Under the pieces are notes generated by a model. The model made no database searches, was not told where the DNA came from, and worked only from the letters and a program-made list of their open reading frames with translations. From assembly GCA_964005815.1 (NCBI GenBank), contig CAXFSR010000036.1, forward strand, positions 57,194-121,193: a stretch of 64,000 nt of DNA. The letters are read 5' to 3'. Source of the DNA: an uncultured Nitrospinaceae bacterium (GTDB taxonomy: Bacteria > UBA8248). This document shows, in pieces, positions 31,994 to 41,895 of the stretch (position 1 is the stretch's first letter; each line of letters begins with the position of its first letter). A program made the translations under genes and the position numbers.

Positions 31994-32881
31994 ATGAGAA
32001 CTGAAGCTGATGAATTATTAGAGGGTTCAATTGATCTTCACGCTCATATTTTCCCTCAAGTTTTTTTAGAAGAACCAGGTAGAGTTAGAGATCACGAATG
32101 GGCAGAACTTGCTATACAATCTGGAATGAAAGGTTTTGTCATGAAAAGCCACCTATGGCCTACTATGGCACAAGCAAGTTTAATTAACCAAGTATATAAA
32201 AATTTCAATGCAATGGGCGCTATAGTTCTAAATTCAAATGTAGGTGGAATTTCCCCATTCGCAGCAGAGAGTGCAACAAGACTTGGAGCTAAGATTATCT
32301 GGATGCCAACTTATACGACAAAAAATGATATTAAAAAAGGGGCCTACAGCAAACAAATTGAGACTGCATATAAACAACCGCCTCCAAAAAAAAATTTAAG
32401 TATTTTCGATAAAGACGGAGAAATAGCGCAAGAAGTTAATCTTGTTCTAGAAATTGCAAGAGATGCAAATATAGCTATCGCTACTGGACATTTGTCTGCT
32501 GAAGAAGGAGTAGCACTGGCAAAACGAGCGAGTAAAATTGGATTGAAAAAATTTATTTTCACACATCCAATTATTTCTGTTGTCGGAGCAACCGAAGAAC
32601 AATTAATGGAAGTTTCAAACTTAGGTTATTTTATTGAGTTTACTTGGATTTCTGCATTTCCTATGTGGCAAGGACTTGATCCAAATTTAATTGCAAAATT
32701 CGCAAAAAAAATTGGCCCACACAGATGTCTAATGACAACAGATGCTCAACTAGACTGGAATCCACCACCACCTGAAATGTTGCGCATGTTTATCGCATCT
32801 ATGCTTAGAATAGGTTTGAAGAGTCAAGAAATACGATTAATGGTACAAGAAAATCCTTCTAGATTAGTAGACCTTTATTAA
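31994..32881 (+). CDS. Amidohydrolase/PHP-like TIM-barrel metalloprotein (DUF6282-like)
   Basis: IDLHAH, KSH, WMPT, TGH, THP, TTD. Confidence 0.75.
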   Translation: MRTEADELLEGSIDLHAHIFPQVFLEEPGRVRDHEWAELAIQSGMKGFVMKSHLWPTMAQASLINQVYKNFNAMGAIVLNSNVGGISPFAAESATRLGAKIIWMPTYTTKNDIKKGAYSKQIETAYKQPPPKKNLSIFDKDGEIAQEVNLVLEIARDANIAIATGHLSAEEGVALAKRASKIGLKKFIFTHPIISVVGATEEQLMEVSNLGYFIEFTWISAFPMWQGLDPNLIAKFAKKIGPHRCLMTTDAQLDWNPPPPEMLRMFIASMLRIGLKSQEIRLMVQENPSRLVDLY

Positions 32882-33011
32882 GAAAATTGAAACCTAAAAG
32901 GCAAAAAAATAATTTATCCCCTTGATTTAATATTCAACGCTCTGCTAGCATCAACCACATTGTTTTTTGAATTTTTAAGATTACCGCCATTGATTTTCAA
33001 GGAGATGATAC

Positions 33012-33323
33012 ATGACTTTTGTTATCGGCGAAAAATGTCTTGGGGAACGCTATGCAACATGTGTAGATGTGTGCCCTGTAGATTGCATTCATCCTGGAGA
33101 TTATCAAGACCAAGTTTTCATGATTATAGACCCAGAGGAATGTATCGATTGTGGTGTATGTCTTCCAGAGTGTCCAATTGATGCTATTTTAGAAACGGAA
33201 GATGATGATCCAGAATGGACACAGATAAATGCTGATCTAGCTCCTGACTTTAGCAGTAACGAACCAGTAGAACCTAGAGCAGCTAATGACCCACCCAAAA
33301 GACCAGAAAACAAATTGCGTTAA
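33012..33323 (+). CDS. 7Fe-type ferredoxin
   Basis: Cx7CxxxCP and CIDCGVCLPECP; SD AAGGAG. Confidence 0.93.
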   Translation: MTFVIGEKCLGERYATCVDVCPVDCIHPGDYQDQVFMIIDPEECIDCGVCLPECPIDAILETEDDDPEWTQINADLAPDFSSNEPVEPRAANDPPKRPENKLR

Positions 33324-33339
33324 AGGTCAAACTTTTTAG

Positions 33340-33375
33340 AAAAACCGTGATTCGCATTGAATCACGGTTTTTTTT
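33340..33375 (+). terminator. Rho-independent terminator after ferredoxin
   Basis: AAAAACCGTGATTC-GCATT-GAATCACGGTTTTT followed by further Ts. Confidence 0.9.
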
Positions 33376-33451
33376 ATCCATTTTGAGAATTACTTTTGAT
33401 GATTTAAGCTGTTAGCTTGAAAATACATTCAGTTAATTTAAGGAAATCATT

Positions 33452-34423
33452 TTGAAAAAAAACAACTACAAACATAAAGTCGCTGTCGTTGGTGCTAGAT
33501 TTGGTGCTTTAACTGTAGAAAATGAAATTCTAAATCCAATAGGCTGCAAAATAGTCGAAGGATTAGGCAAAACTGAATCAGAACTTATTAAATTATGTGA
33601 TGGTGCAGATGCTGTTATAGTAGGTTCTATATGTGATCTAACAGAACCAGTTATAAATTCCTTGAATAACTGCCAAATCATTTCTAGAGCTGGTGTAGGA
33701 ACTGATAATATTGATAAAAGGACAGCAAAGAAGATGGGGATCATAGTCACTTATGTTCCCGATTATTGCATAGATGAAGTTTCAGATCATGCGATGTCAT
33801 TCATTTTGTATTATGCAAGAAAACTTCAAGAAGCTAAAGAAGAAGTTTTGTCTGGAAACTGGGGAATTTCAAATCTCAGACCAATATATCCTTTAAAAGA
33901 ATCTATTTTAGGTATTCTTGGTATTGGGAGAATTGGGGCTTCTCTCGCAAAAAAAGCCTCTACTTTTGGAATGAAATTGATTGCCTTCGATCCATTCGCA
34001 GATGACTCAGTTTTCAAGAAATTAAAAGCACAAAAAGTGACTTTACAACAGTTACTAAAAAAATCAGATTATTTATCCCTTCATGCTCCTTATACAAAAA
34101 AAACTAAAGAAATTATCCAAAAAAAAACACTATCTTTAATGAATAAAAACGCAGTCATAATAAATGTTGCAAGGGGAGAACTAATCAATGAAACAGATCT
34201 GTATAGTTCTCTTAAAAAAGGAAGTATTCGTGCTGCTGCTCTTGATGTACTTACCGAAGAACCACCTAAAAAAACAAATAAACTGCTTACGCTAGAAAAT
34301 TGTATTATCACTCCACATAGTGCATGGTACAGTACAAACGCACAAAACGAGCTTCGTCAAAAAGCTGCTGAAGAAGTAAAAAGAGTATTATCAAAAAGAA
34401 AACCAAGAAATCAGATTAACTAA
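33452..34423 (+). CDS. D-isomer-specific 2-hydroxyacid dehydrogenase (CtBP-like)
   Basis: GVGTDN, PDYC, GIGRIG, NVARG, DV..EEP, TPHSAW. Confidence 0.92.
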   Translation: MKKNNYKHKVAVVGARFGALTVENEILNPIGCKIVEGLGKTESELIKLCDGADAVIVGSICDLTEPVINSLNNCQIISRAGVGTDNIDKRTAKKMGIIVTYVPDYCIDEVSDHAMSFILYYARKLQEAKEEVLSGNWGISNLRPIYPLKESILGILGIGRIGASLAKKASTFGMKLIAFDPFADDSVFKKLKAQKVTLQQLLKKSDYLSLHAPYTKKTKEIIQKKTLSLMNKNAVIINVARGELINETDLYSSLKKGSIRAAALDVLTEEPPKKTNKLLTLENCIITPHSAWYSTNAQNELRQKAAEEVKRVLSKRKPRNQIN

Positions 34424-34443
34424 GTAAAATTAATTTCATAGGA

Positions 34444-35292
34444 TTATTTCTCTATAGGAAATCCAACTATACTGCCCCACTCTGTCCATGAACCATCATA
34501 AACCTGCACGTTTGAATACCCTAGAATAAACACCATTGCAAACCATACCAATGTAGCTCTATGACTGAGTCTGCAGTAAACAACAATCTCTTTATCACTA
34601 TCAGTGGAACCACAAATCGGTTCTATAACACTACGTAATTCGTTATTTTCTTTAAAAGTACCGTCCTCATTAATCAATTGACCATAAAAGAGATGCGTTG
34701 CTCCCGGAATTCTCCCGGTTCTTTCAGCACCATGATCGAACCCAGGTGGTGGCATTACACGCTCACCATTATATTCTTCGAAAGATCTTACATCTAACAA
34801 CAAACGAACTGAGGATCTTAAGTTCTGCAAAACATTTTCTCTTCCAACAGAAAAAGAACTCAACTCATCAAAAGAAGAATTTCTTTTCTGTTCAAATGTC
34901 GATTGGATATCGGTAAGATCTCTACCCTCTGCTTTCCATTTTTTTAATCCTCCATCAAGAACGCAAACTTTCTGATGACCACACATTCTTAGAACCCAAT
35001 ACGCATAAGTTCCAAATTGTACAGGATCACCATATAAGACTACTGTGGTCTCTGAATCAATCCCAAAAGTTCCTAAACGTATAGCTAAATCTTCCGGGGA
35101 AGGAAAAGACCTGTCAGTCTCATGCCAAAGAACTGATTTCCAATACCACCAAACGGAACCTTGGATATGCTCTTTTTTAAACTCTAAATCGTCATTCGTA
35201 AATGAAACTTGCACTACTTTGATACTAGGATCATTTAAGTTTTCATCTAACCATTCAGTAGAAACTATTTCTGAAAAAATTGGACTCTCCAT
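34444..35292 (-). CDS. Tandem-domain rhodanese / sulfurtransferase
   Basis: LDGG, GRIPGA, active-site YCRLSHR, YDGSWTEW; start trimmed to ATG 35292. Confidence 0.92.
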   Translation of the reverse strand: MESPIFSEIVSTEWLDENLNDPSIKVVQVSFTNDDLEFKKEHIQGSVWWYWKSVLWHETDRSFPSPEDLAIRLGTFGIDSETTVVLYGDPVQFGTYAYWVLRMCGHQKVCVLDGGLKKWKAEGRDLTDIQSTFEQKRNSSFDELSSFSVGRENVLQNLRSSVRLLLDVRSFEEYNGERVMPPPGFDHGAERTGRIPGATHLFYGQLINEDGTFKENNELRSVIEPICGSTDSDKEIVVYCRLSHRATLVWFAMVFILGYSNVQVYDGSWTEWGSIVGFPIEK

Positions 35293-35305
35293 TTTCATCC
35301 TTTTT

Positions 35306-36517
35306 TTATCTAGTCCTTCCAGTGGTAGTATCAAGTGGATGTACATCCGTAACTAGTCTTTCATCATATGGGTAAGGGGTATATACATCAGGTTCCCCTT
35401 CTGTAACTACCAAATTATTCTCTAATCTAAATCCACCAATACCAGGTTTTCCCGCATATGGCTCTAAATTATAAGTCATTCCAACTTCAAGTGGCATAGG
35501 ATCTTCATACGCAGCTGGACTAAAATAAGGGAGTTCCCAAGGATTGGTACCTGAACCATGTCCAAGACTATCAAGAACATAAGGCTCTGCAGCCTGATAT
35601 ACATCTAAAGTAGTATTGCCAAGTTTTGATGCAGCACATGAATCCCAAACTGCATTATAACATTTCATATGTAAATCTATTTGTTCCTCAGTTGGCATTA
35701 TATCCCCACACACCCAAGTTCTAGTAAAATCTCCCCAATAACCGTTGAAACATCCTCCCACATCCATTATGACCATATCTCCTTTTCTGATAATACGGTC
35801 AGAAGTAAGCCTTCTATAAGGAGCTGTATAAGGACCTGAACAAATAATGTTTGCACATTGAGTCCACTCACTACCCAAAGCAGTCATTCTATGCCACATA
35901 ACTGCGAGAACTTCGCATTCACGTACTCCGGGTCTTAAATAATCAATTCCATCTTCAAAAGCCGCTTCGGTTATAAATGTAGCTGCTTTAAGACAAGAAA
36001 TCTCGTCTACGGTCTTAGTTATCTTTGCTTTCATTAAGACTTCGTAACCATCTATGAATTTTGATTTGGGAAAAGCTTCGCGAAGCCTCTCTTCAATAGC
36101 TGGCGACCATAAATCGACACCAATTGTTTTCCCATCAAGATTATCTCCGATTAATCCCTTTACTCTCTCTGCCCATTCTTTAACAGCTGAGATATCTCGA
36201 AGATTTGCACGAGGCTGGATCTGTTCTTCATCAAGCCATTTCATTCTTAAGTGTGCATGATCATTGTCCATACTAAACAGATAAGGATCGCCGCCTTTTG
36301 CAAGTACACAAGCAGCCATTCCTAGAGATGCAGTAGGATGTAAATGAGATCGAAATCCTGTCAAATATCTACAATCTTCTGTTCGAAAAACAAACAAAAC
36401 GTCTGCTTCTGAAGAAGCAAGTGCGTCTTTAGCTTTTTGTAAACGCTCTTTACGCAAACGATCGTAATCAATTCTCTGTTCCCAATCCACTCCCATCAAT
36501 CCCCAATCACCCATCAC
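35306..36517 (-). CDS. M24 (pita-bread) family protein with creatinase N-domain
   Basis: DVGG...GDFTRT, GHG, LEP, RLEN. Confidence 0.88.
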   Translation of the reverse strand: MMGDWGLMGVDWEQRIDYDRLRKERLQKAKDALASSEADVLFVFRTEDCRYLTGFRSHLHPTASLGMAACVLAKGGDPYLFSMDNDHAHLRMKWLDEEQIQPRANLRDISAVKEWAERVKGLIGDNLDGKTIGVDLWSPAIEERLREAFPKSKFIDGYEVLMKAKITKTVDEISCLKAATFITEAAFEDGIDYLRPGVRECEVLAVMWHRMTALGSEWTQCANIICSGPYTAPYRRLTSDRIIRKGDMVIMDVGGCFNGYWGDFTRTWVCGDIMPTEEQIDLHMKCYNAVWDSCAASKLGNTTLDVYQAAEPYVLDSLGHGSGTNPWELPYFSPAAYEDPMPLEVGMTYNLEPYAGKPGIGGFRLENNLVVTEGEPDVYTPYPYDERLVTDVHPLDTTTGRTR

Positions 36518-36711
36518 GACTCTCCTGTTTGTATTAACAAAATTTAATAAAATTCTGACAAAGTTTTTTATACATCGATATTAGACATAGAACCCATTTT
36601 TTTCAATTAATGAACACAAAATTAAATAACTGGTATTATTATTATAACTAATCAATTCCTAAGAACCTTATCATGAAAGAAAAATTGATTCTTCGATAAA
36701 CTAAATTTTAT

Positions 36712-37593
36712 TTATGCTAATCTGGCTATTTTGAGATTGAAATCAAGAGGAGGAGCTGACCGAACAAGACCGCTTGTCGAAATATAATCAACCCCAGTTG
36801 AAGCAACTTCTGAAAAACCTAAATCTCCAATTCCTGACGCTTCAAGAATATAAGGCTTTTTTGTTACAGACGCTTTTCCTACTTGACGAATTCGGTCGAC
36901 AGCATCTTTCAAATTACTCAAATTCATATTGTCGAGTAGAAGCATATGTACACGACCATCTTCCAAAACTTGATCTAATTGTTCGAAAGATTGCACTTCT
37001 ATCTGAATATCAGTCATATAACGAGAATCAAATTTCTGATCTATAGCAGCCGTAATAGAACCGGCAGTAACTATATCATTATCCTTTATCATATCCCCGT
37101 CAAAAAAACCGAGACGATGATTCTTTCCTCCACCTATTCTGACCGCATACTTTTCAAAATAACGTAATCCGGGCCTGTTCTTCCTCGTATCAAGAATGCC
37201 CTTAAATGTCTCAGGAAAATCATGTGTCGAAGAAAGTATTTTTTTTGTATGGGTAGAAATTTCCGACATATGAGAAAGTAAATTTAAAACTGTACGTTCG
37301 GCTTTTAAAATTGTCTGGCTACAACCATAAATTTTAGCGATCAAATCACCATTACTCACTGAATCACCCTCTTGCTTTAACCATTCAATAACTGGCTTTT
37401 CAGACACACCAAAACCCAACAATTCTTGGGTGATATCAAAAATATCTTGAATAAAAATTGAACCAGAAATAACCGCATTGGATTTAGAACGAAGCTCAGC
37501 CTCGCAGAAAGGCTCTTTGCTTATATCAAAATGCAACTGTGCCTCTCCAAAGTCTTCTAGAAGCCAGTCACGAATCTTTGAGCGAATATTTAT
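36712..37593 (-). CDS. nadC: Nicotinate-nucleotide diphosphorylase (QPRTase), divergent; start uncertain
   Basis: AERTVLN, DTRK, GGGKNHRLG, IKDN, LLDN, EASG, GVDYIS; follows nadA; frame open to 37602 and includes WLLED. Confidence 0.82.
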   Translation of the reverse strand: MNIRSKIRDWLLEDFGEAQLHFDISKEPFCEAELRSKSNAVISGSIFIQDIFDITQELLGFGVSEKPVIEWLKQEGDSVSNGDLIAKIYGCSQTILKAERTVLNLLSHMSEISTHTKKILSSTHDFPETFKGILDTRKNRPGLRYFEKYAVRIGGGKNHRLGFFDGDMIKDNDIVTAGSITAAIDQKFDSRYMTDIQIEVQSFEQLDQVLEDGRVHMLLLDNMNLSNLKDAVDRIRQVGKASVTKKPYILEASGIGDLGFSEVASTGVDYISTSGLVRSAPPLDFNLKIARLA

Positions 37594-37615
37594 TTTTTCA
37601 CCCTATTTTACTGAA

Positions 37616-38728
37616 TTAGACGATCTCTAACATACGTTCTATAGGAATTCTTGCGCGTTTTGCCAATTCTGCATCTACATTTATCTCGTACTTTAAATCT
37701 CTAAGACATTCATACAAATTTTTAAGTGTATTCTGTTTCATATAAGAACAAAGCGCTTCCTTACTTGCAGGAATTAATGTCTTTTCAGGAACTGCTTTCG
37801 ACATGGGATGCAAATTGCCAACTTCAGTAGCTACAATTACTTCATTCTGAGGAACCTCAGAAACAAGCTTAATCATACCCTGAGTAGAACGAAACTGAAG
37901 AAGATCTTCGGGTACAACACCCTCATTGACTTGTCGCATACACGCACTTGTACAACCACATTCCGGATGCACAACAGTAATTGCATTAGGATAAGAATTT
38001 TGCTGTTCCATAACATGATGTGGGCGGATACGTTCATGAACATGACAAGCACCCATCATCAAATGTAACCGATCAAGAGAATGTCCTTCACTTTCTAAAA
38101 GTTTTGCTGCATAGAATCCCAAAAAAACATCGGGTAGAAATAAAATTGGCTGTTCTGGATTTGTATTCTTAAGAACATGTAAGGTTACTTTGCCAGCATT
38201 AGCAGAAGCACAGCAAAAATCACTTTCAGCTTTTACTTCTAAATAAGTATTTACATAACTGATGACTACACCATTAGTATGTTGTTCTTTCCATTTTTTA
38301 ATTTTAGAAACATCTGCATGCGCAGCAAGAGAACAAAGCGCACCTAAATCAGGAGCTAGTACTGTTTGATGCGGTTTCTTTAAAGCAGCTAACATTTGAT
38401 TCATAAATAACACCGTTGCTTCTATTAGATAATCAGCGTCTGAATCCGCTCCTTGCTGAGCCAAAAACAAGGAATCTCCGACTACATCAGATAATTCTTG
38501 AATATCCGAGGGAACATAATTATGTGAAAGGACGAGGGCATTTCTTTCCTCTTTGAGCCTTTTTATCTCATTCCTGTAAAACTCTTTTTCATCTTCCGGT
38601 ATATTTTCAGAAAAAGCTTCTTTAGGAATAGGAGGAACATCTATATTTGGACCAAGATCAACTTGATCCATTATTTCAATAGCTTCCTTTGCAGGAAGAA
38701 TATCACCAGCCTCCACATCTAAAACCAT
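37616..38728 (-). CDS. nadA: Quinolinate synthase
   Basis: SHNY, GDS, CSLA, YVNT, CHVH, HPEC, CSYMK (three Fe-S Cys). Confidence 0.93.
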   Translation of the reverse strand: MVLDVEAGDILPAKEAIEIMDQVDLGPNIDVPPIPKEAFSENIPEDEKEFYRNEIKRLKEERNALVLSHNYVPSDIQELSDVVGDSLFLAQQGADSDADYLIEATVLFMNQMLAALKKPHQTVLAPDLGALCSLAAHADVSKIKKWKEQHTNGVVISYVNTYLEVKAESDFCCASANAGKVTLHVLKNTNPEQPILFLPDVFLGFYAAKLLESEGHSLDRLHLMMGACHVHERIRPHHVMEQQNSYPNAITVVHPECGCTSACMRQVNEGVVPEDLLQFRSTQGMIKLVSEVPQNEVIVATEVGNLHPMSKAVPEKTLIPASKEALCSYMKQNTLKNLYECLRDLKYEINVDAELAKRARIPIERMLEIV

Positions 38729-38831
38729 CTAAATCTCCATCTAGACTAAATTTGAAAAGAAAAAAACGACAATGTTGAGGACAATTATAAAGGAAAAATA
38801 AAAAATAACACACCCAAAGACAAATCTTCAC

Positions 38832-39437
38832 TCATTTATACTTATAAAATAGATGGGTTCCAAATTTCTCAAGAAACAAAATATTTTTATCCGAAGCCCA
38901 TCTAGGAATGACATAATCAGCATGATAATGGGTTGCACCATTTGTGAAATCTACAAATTCGGATCTAATAAAATAAAGACTTCGAGAAATCTTAAAACAA
39001 CTTTCCCAAGCTTTCTTCTCTTTGGGATTAGCTAACTGAATTTCATCGGATTTCCCGTCACAATACCAAGAAAATTGGCATTTGTGTCTTCGAGGAAGAC
39101 TCTTTTTATAAGCATATACAGGTCCTTCCCTAACAACTTTGCAAATTGTAGATGGGAATTCTGGCAATCTCATTCTGTTTAATGTTGTAAGAGCTACAGC
39201 TACCTTAGCTTTAAGACCCTGATTCCTTGCTTCGAAATACACATTTGTAGCAAGGCATGTGATTTGTTTTTTTTGATTTTGAGTAAGTTTTATCTTAGAC
39301 TTTTTCAATAAATGTTCTAACGAAATCTTTTCTTTTACTCTTCTAATTTTATTTTCATTAGATCTAAAAAGATAAAAAACACACAAAAAAACCAACAATG
39401 AAATGAAAAAAACAAAAATTTTATTGCTATTTTGCAT
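38832..39437 (-). CDS. SleB/CwlJ-like cell wall hydrolase (Hydrolase_2) with N-terminal anchor
   Basis: CLATNVYFEAR, CQFSWYCDG, GATHYHA. Confidence 0.88.
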   Translation of the reverse strand: MQNSNKIFVFFISLLVFLCVFYLFRSNENKIRRVKEKISLEHLLKKSKIKLTQNQKKQITCLATNVYFEARNQGLKAKVAVALTTLNRMRLPEFPSTICKVVREGPVYAYKKSLPRRHKCQFSWYCDGKSDEIQLANPKEKKAWESCFKISRSLYFIRSEFVDFTNGATHYHADYVIPRWASDKNILFLEKFGTHLFYKYK

Positions 39438-39475
39438 TTGATACTTCCTTGCAGAACGAAATTAGTCAAAAGAAA

Positions 39476-39928
39476 TTATGTTTGTAACAGCTTAGTTACA
39501 ATTCTATCAAATGCGGATGAAAATTTTTGCAAATCTTTTTCATTTAAAGGAGGTGGTCCTCCCCCAACCAATCCTGAAGTCCTTAACTCACTCATCAAAT
39601 TTCTTGTTGAAATTTTTTCTCCTATATTATCTTCTGTAAACTCTTCTCCTCTAGGACTTATGACATGAGATTTCTTCTTTAAAACCTCAGAAGCCATCGG
39701 AATATCAGCTGTAATAACAAGATCTTCTTTCTTTGTATTCTGAATAATATATTTATCTGCTGCATCCGGATCTTTTGGCACATTGATGATTTCTAGAAAG
39801 TTAGAAGGTGGTATATATATTGGACTATTGCTCACAAAGATGGCATTTACACTAAGTCTTTCGCTGGCTCGATAAATAAGTTCTTTAACGGATTTTGGAC
39901 ATGCATCTGCATCAACCCAAATTTGCAT
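39476..39928 (-). CDS. YaiI/YqxD family protein
   Basis: IWVDADACP, ITADIPMA, GGGPPP. Confidence 0.92.
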   Translation of the reverse strand: MQIWVDADACPKSVKELIYRASERLSVNAIFVSNSPIYIPPSNFLEIINVPKDPDAADKYIIQNTKKEDLVITADIPMASEVLKKKSHVISPRGEEFTEDNIGEKISTRNLMSELRTSGLVGGGPPPLNEKDLQKFSSAFDRIVTKLLQT

Positions 39929-39965
39929 AGGAATCACTCCAAAAACGTTTCTGAACTCTTCAAAA

Positions 39966-40724
39966 CTAACAACTCAATCTCCCACCATCAAGCAAAATAA
40001 CTGCACCATTCATGTAATCTGCTTCGTCAGATACCATAAATGCGGCACAGGATGCTACCTCATGCGGATTGCCAAAACGTCCTGAAGGAATAGTACTCAT
40101 TAGCCGTTTTGCCTTTTCTGGATCGTTATCTAATCTTCCCCCTACGCCTTCGCTTAAGATTGTTCCTGGCGCTAGCACATTAACTCGAATTCCTTTTGAT
40201 CCAAGTTCGACTGCCATAGCCTTCGTCATAAGATGCATAGCACCTTTCGTAGCACAATAGAGCGAATTGTCAGCAACCCCAGCCTCTCCGGAAGTAGAGC
40301 CTATATTAAGAATCTGACCCCGTATTTTCTCTTCTAACATATAATCAACAGCTATACTACTTAAAGCAAACGCACTCATAACATTGATTTTAAATATAGT
40401 TTCCACATCCTCTATTGTTACGTGATGTACTGATTTGTTACATCTTAATCCAGCACAATTTACCAAGATATCTATTCCCTCTAAAAAATCCATCGCTTTT
40501 GACATCAGTTTAGGAACTACAGAAAGGTCAGAAAGATCAGAACACTCCCCCTGTACTTGGACATTAGATTTTTTGCAAATTTCAATTGTCTCATTTAGAG
40601 CTTTTTCATTTTGTCCGCCCAAAAGGTAAAGATTTGCACCTTCTTTAGCAAACCGTTCTGCTATCGCGCTACCAATTCCTACAGATGCCCCAGTTATTAA
40701 AATTTTTTTCTTTTTTAACCACAT
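39966..40724 (-). CDS. Classical SDR oxidoreductase
   Basis: TGASVGIG, NCAG, YCATK. Confidence 0.92.
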   Translation of the reverse strand: MWLKKKKILITGASVGIGSAIAERFAKEGANLYLLGGQNEKALNETIEICKKSNVQVQGECSDLSDLSVVPKLMSKAMDFLEGIDILVNCAGLRCNKSVHHVTIEDVETIFKINVMSAFALSSIAVDYMLEEKIRGQILNIGSTSGEAGVADNSLYCATKGAMHLMTKAMAVELGSKGIRVNVLAPGTILSEGVGGRLDNDPEKAKRLMSTIPSGRFGNPHEVASCAAFMVSDEADYMNGAVILLDGGRLSC

Positions 40725-40902
40725 TAAATTTCTCCCAGAATCTAAATAGATTTAAAAATAGAACTAGTTACTTAATTACTACCTATTACATTATTTAAAT
40801 TGTTTTGCTTTAAGGAAGTTTCAAATTAGTGTAATTTATTACAATAAAATACATCGTGTAAATTATTTTAATCCTTTTTTTTTATTCAAAGGAGTTTCCT
40901 CT

Positions 40903-41868
40903 ATGGATTATACAAAAACAGAAGCAAAAGCATACTGCAAAGAAAATATGAAGGGTGTATGGGCCGCACTCACAACTCCTTTCGACGAATCTGGACAACT
41001 TGATGAGAACGGATTAAGAAAAAACGTCAGACATTGTATTGATAATCTTAAGATTGACGGATTTTTTTGTAATGGGCTTATGGGTGAATATTGGTCTTTG
41101 ACTTCTGATGAAAGGAAACGTATTCAACACATAGTTTGTGAAGAAAGCAGAGGAAGTGCTCAAGTCATACCTCACACTGCTCACATTAATATTAATGAAG
41201 CAATCGAACTTACTAAACACGCAGAAGAAGTTGGTGCAGATTACGCCATTTTAATCAATCCGGTTTACGGTGCATATGAAGACGACGAGATACTTTTATA
41301 TTTCAAAACATTATGCGATCAAGTCGATATCGGAATTTCTTTATTTAATCAACCAAAATCTGGAACCACTTTAAGTCCTGAATTAATCGAAAGACTATGT
41401 GAAATAGACAATATTTGCTGTGTGAAAAACGCAGTTCCTAGCATGGCTCACCAAAATGAAGTCAGGAGAAGAGTAGGAGATAAAATTGTTATTTGCGACC
41501 CAGATGAAGAAAATTTCCTCGTAAGTCTTCTACATTTAGATATGCAAGTTCATATGTCTTCCCCAACTCCTTTTCTGTATCAAGTGAAGGGCTACACACC
41601 AATAAGAGAATACTATGATTCTGCAATGAATGGTGACCTAGAAAATGCATGGCAAAAAAACTACTCTCTAGAACCAATAAGAAAAGTAAGGAAAAAGTAT
41701 TTCACAACTGGCCCTGACGGGAAAACTACCGCATATATGAAAGAATGGACAAATCAACTTGGTATGCCATCAGGGAATCCTCGTCCACCTGTAGTTTCCC
41801 TGACAAAAGAAGAAAAAGATGCTTTTCGGAAAGATTTAGAATCAACAGGCATCTTAGATAAAATATAA
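40903..41868 (+). CDS. DHDPS/NAL-family aldolase (not canonical DapA)
   Basis: TPF, GLMGE, Schiff-base Lys in CVKN. Confidence 0.85.
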   Translation: MDYTKTEAKAYCKENMKGVWAALTTPFDESGQLDENGLRKNVRHCIDNLKIDGFFCNGLMGEYWSLTSDERKRIQHIVCEESRGSAQVIPHTAHININEAIELTKHAEEVGADYAILINPVYGAYEDDEILLYFKTLCDQVDIGISLFNQPKSGTTLSPELIERLCEIDNICCVKNAVPSMAHQNEVRRRVGDKIVICDPDEENFLVSLLHLDMQVHMSSPTPFLYQVKGYTPIREYYDSAMNGDLENAWQKNYSLEPIRKVRKKYFTTGPDGKTTAYMKEWTNQLGMPSGNPRPPVVSLTKEEKDAFRKDLESTGILDKI

Positions 41869-41895
41869 AAATCTAGAGACCCAAGGAGTAAGTGA

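Noticed and set aside
38832..39437. SleB-like hydrolase as evidence of sporulation or prophage
   Set aside because: The family is common in non-sporulating bacteria; no phage or spore genes flank it.
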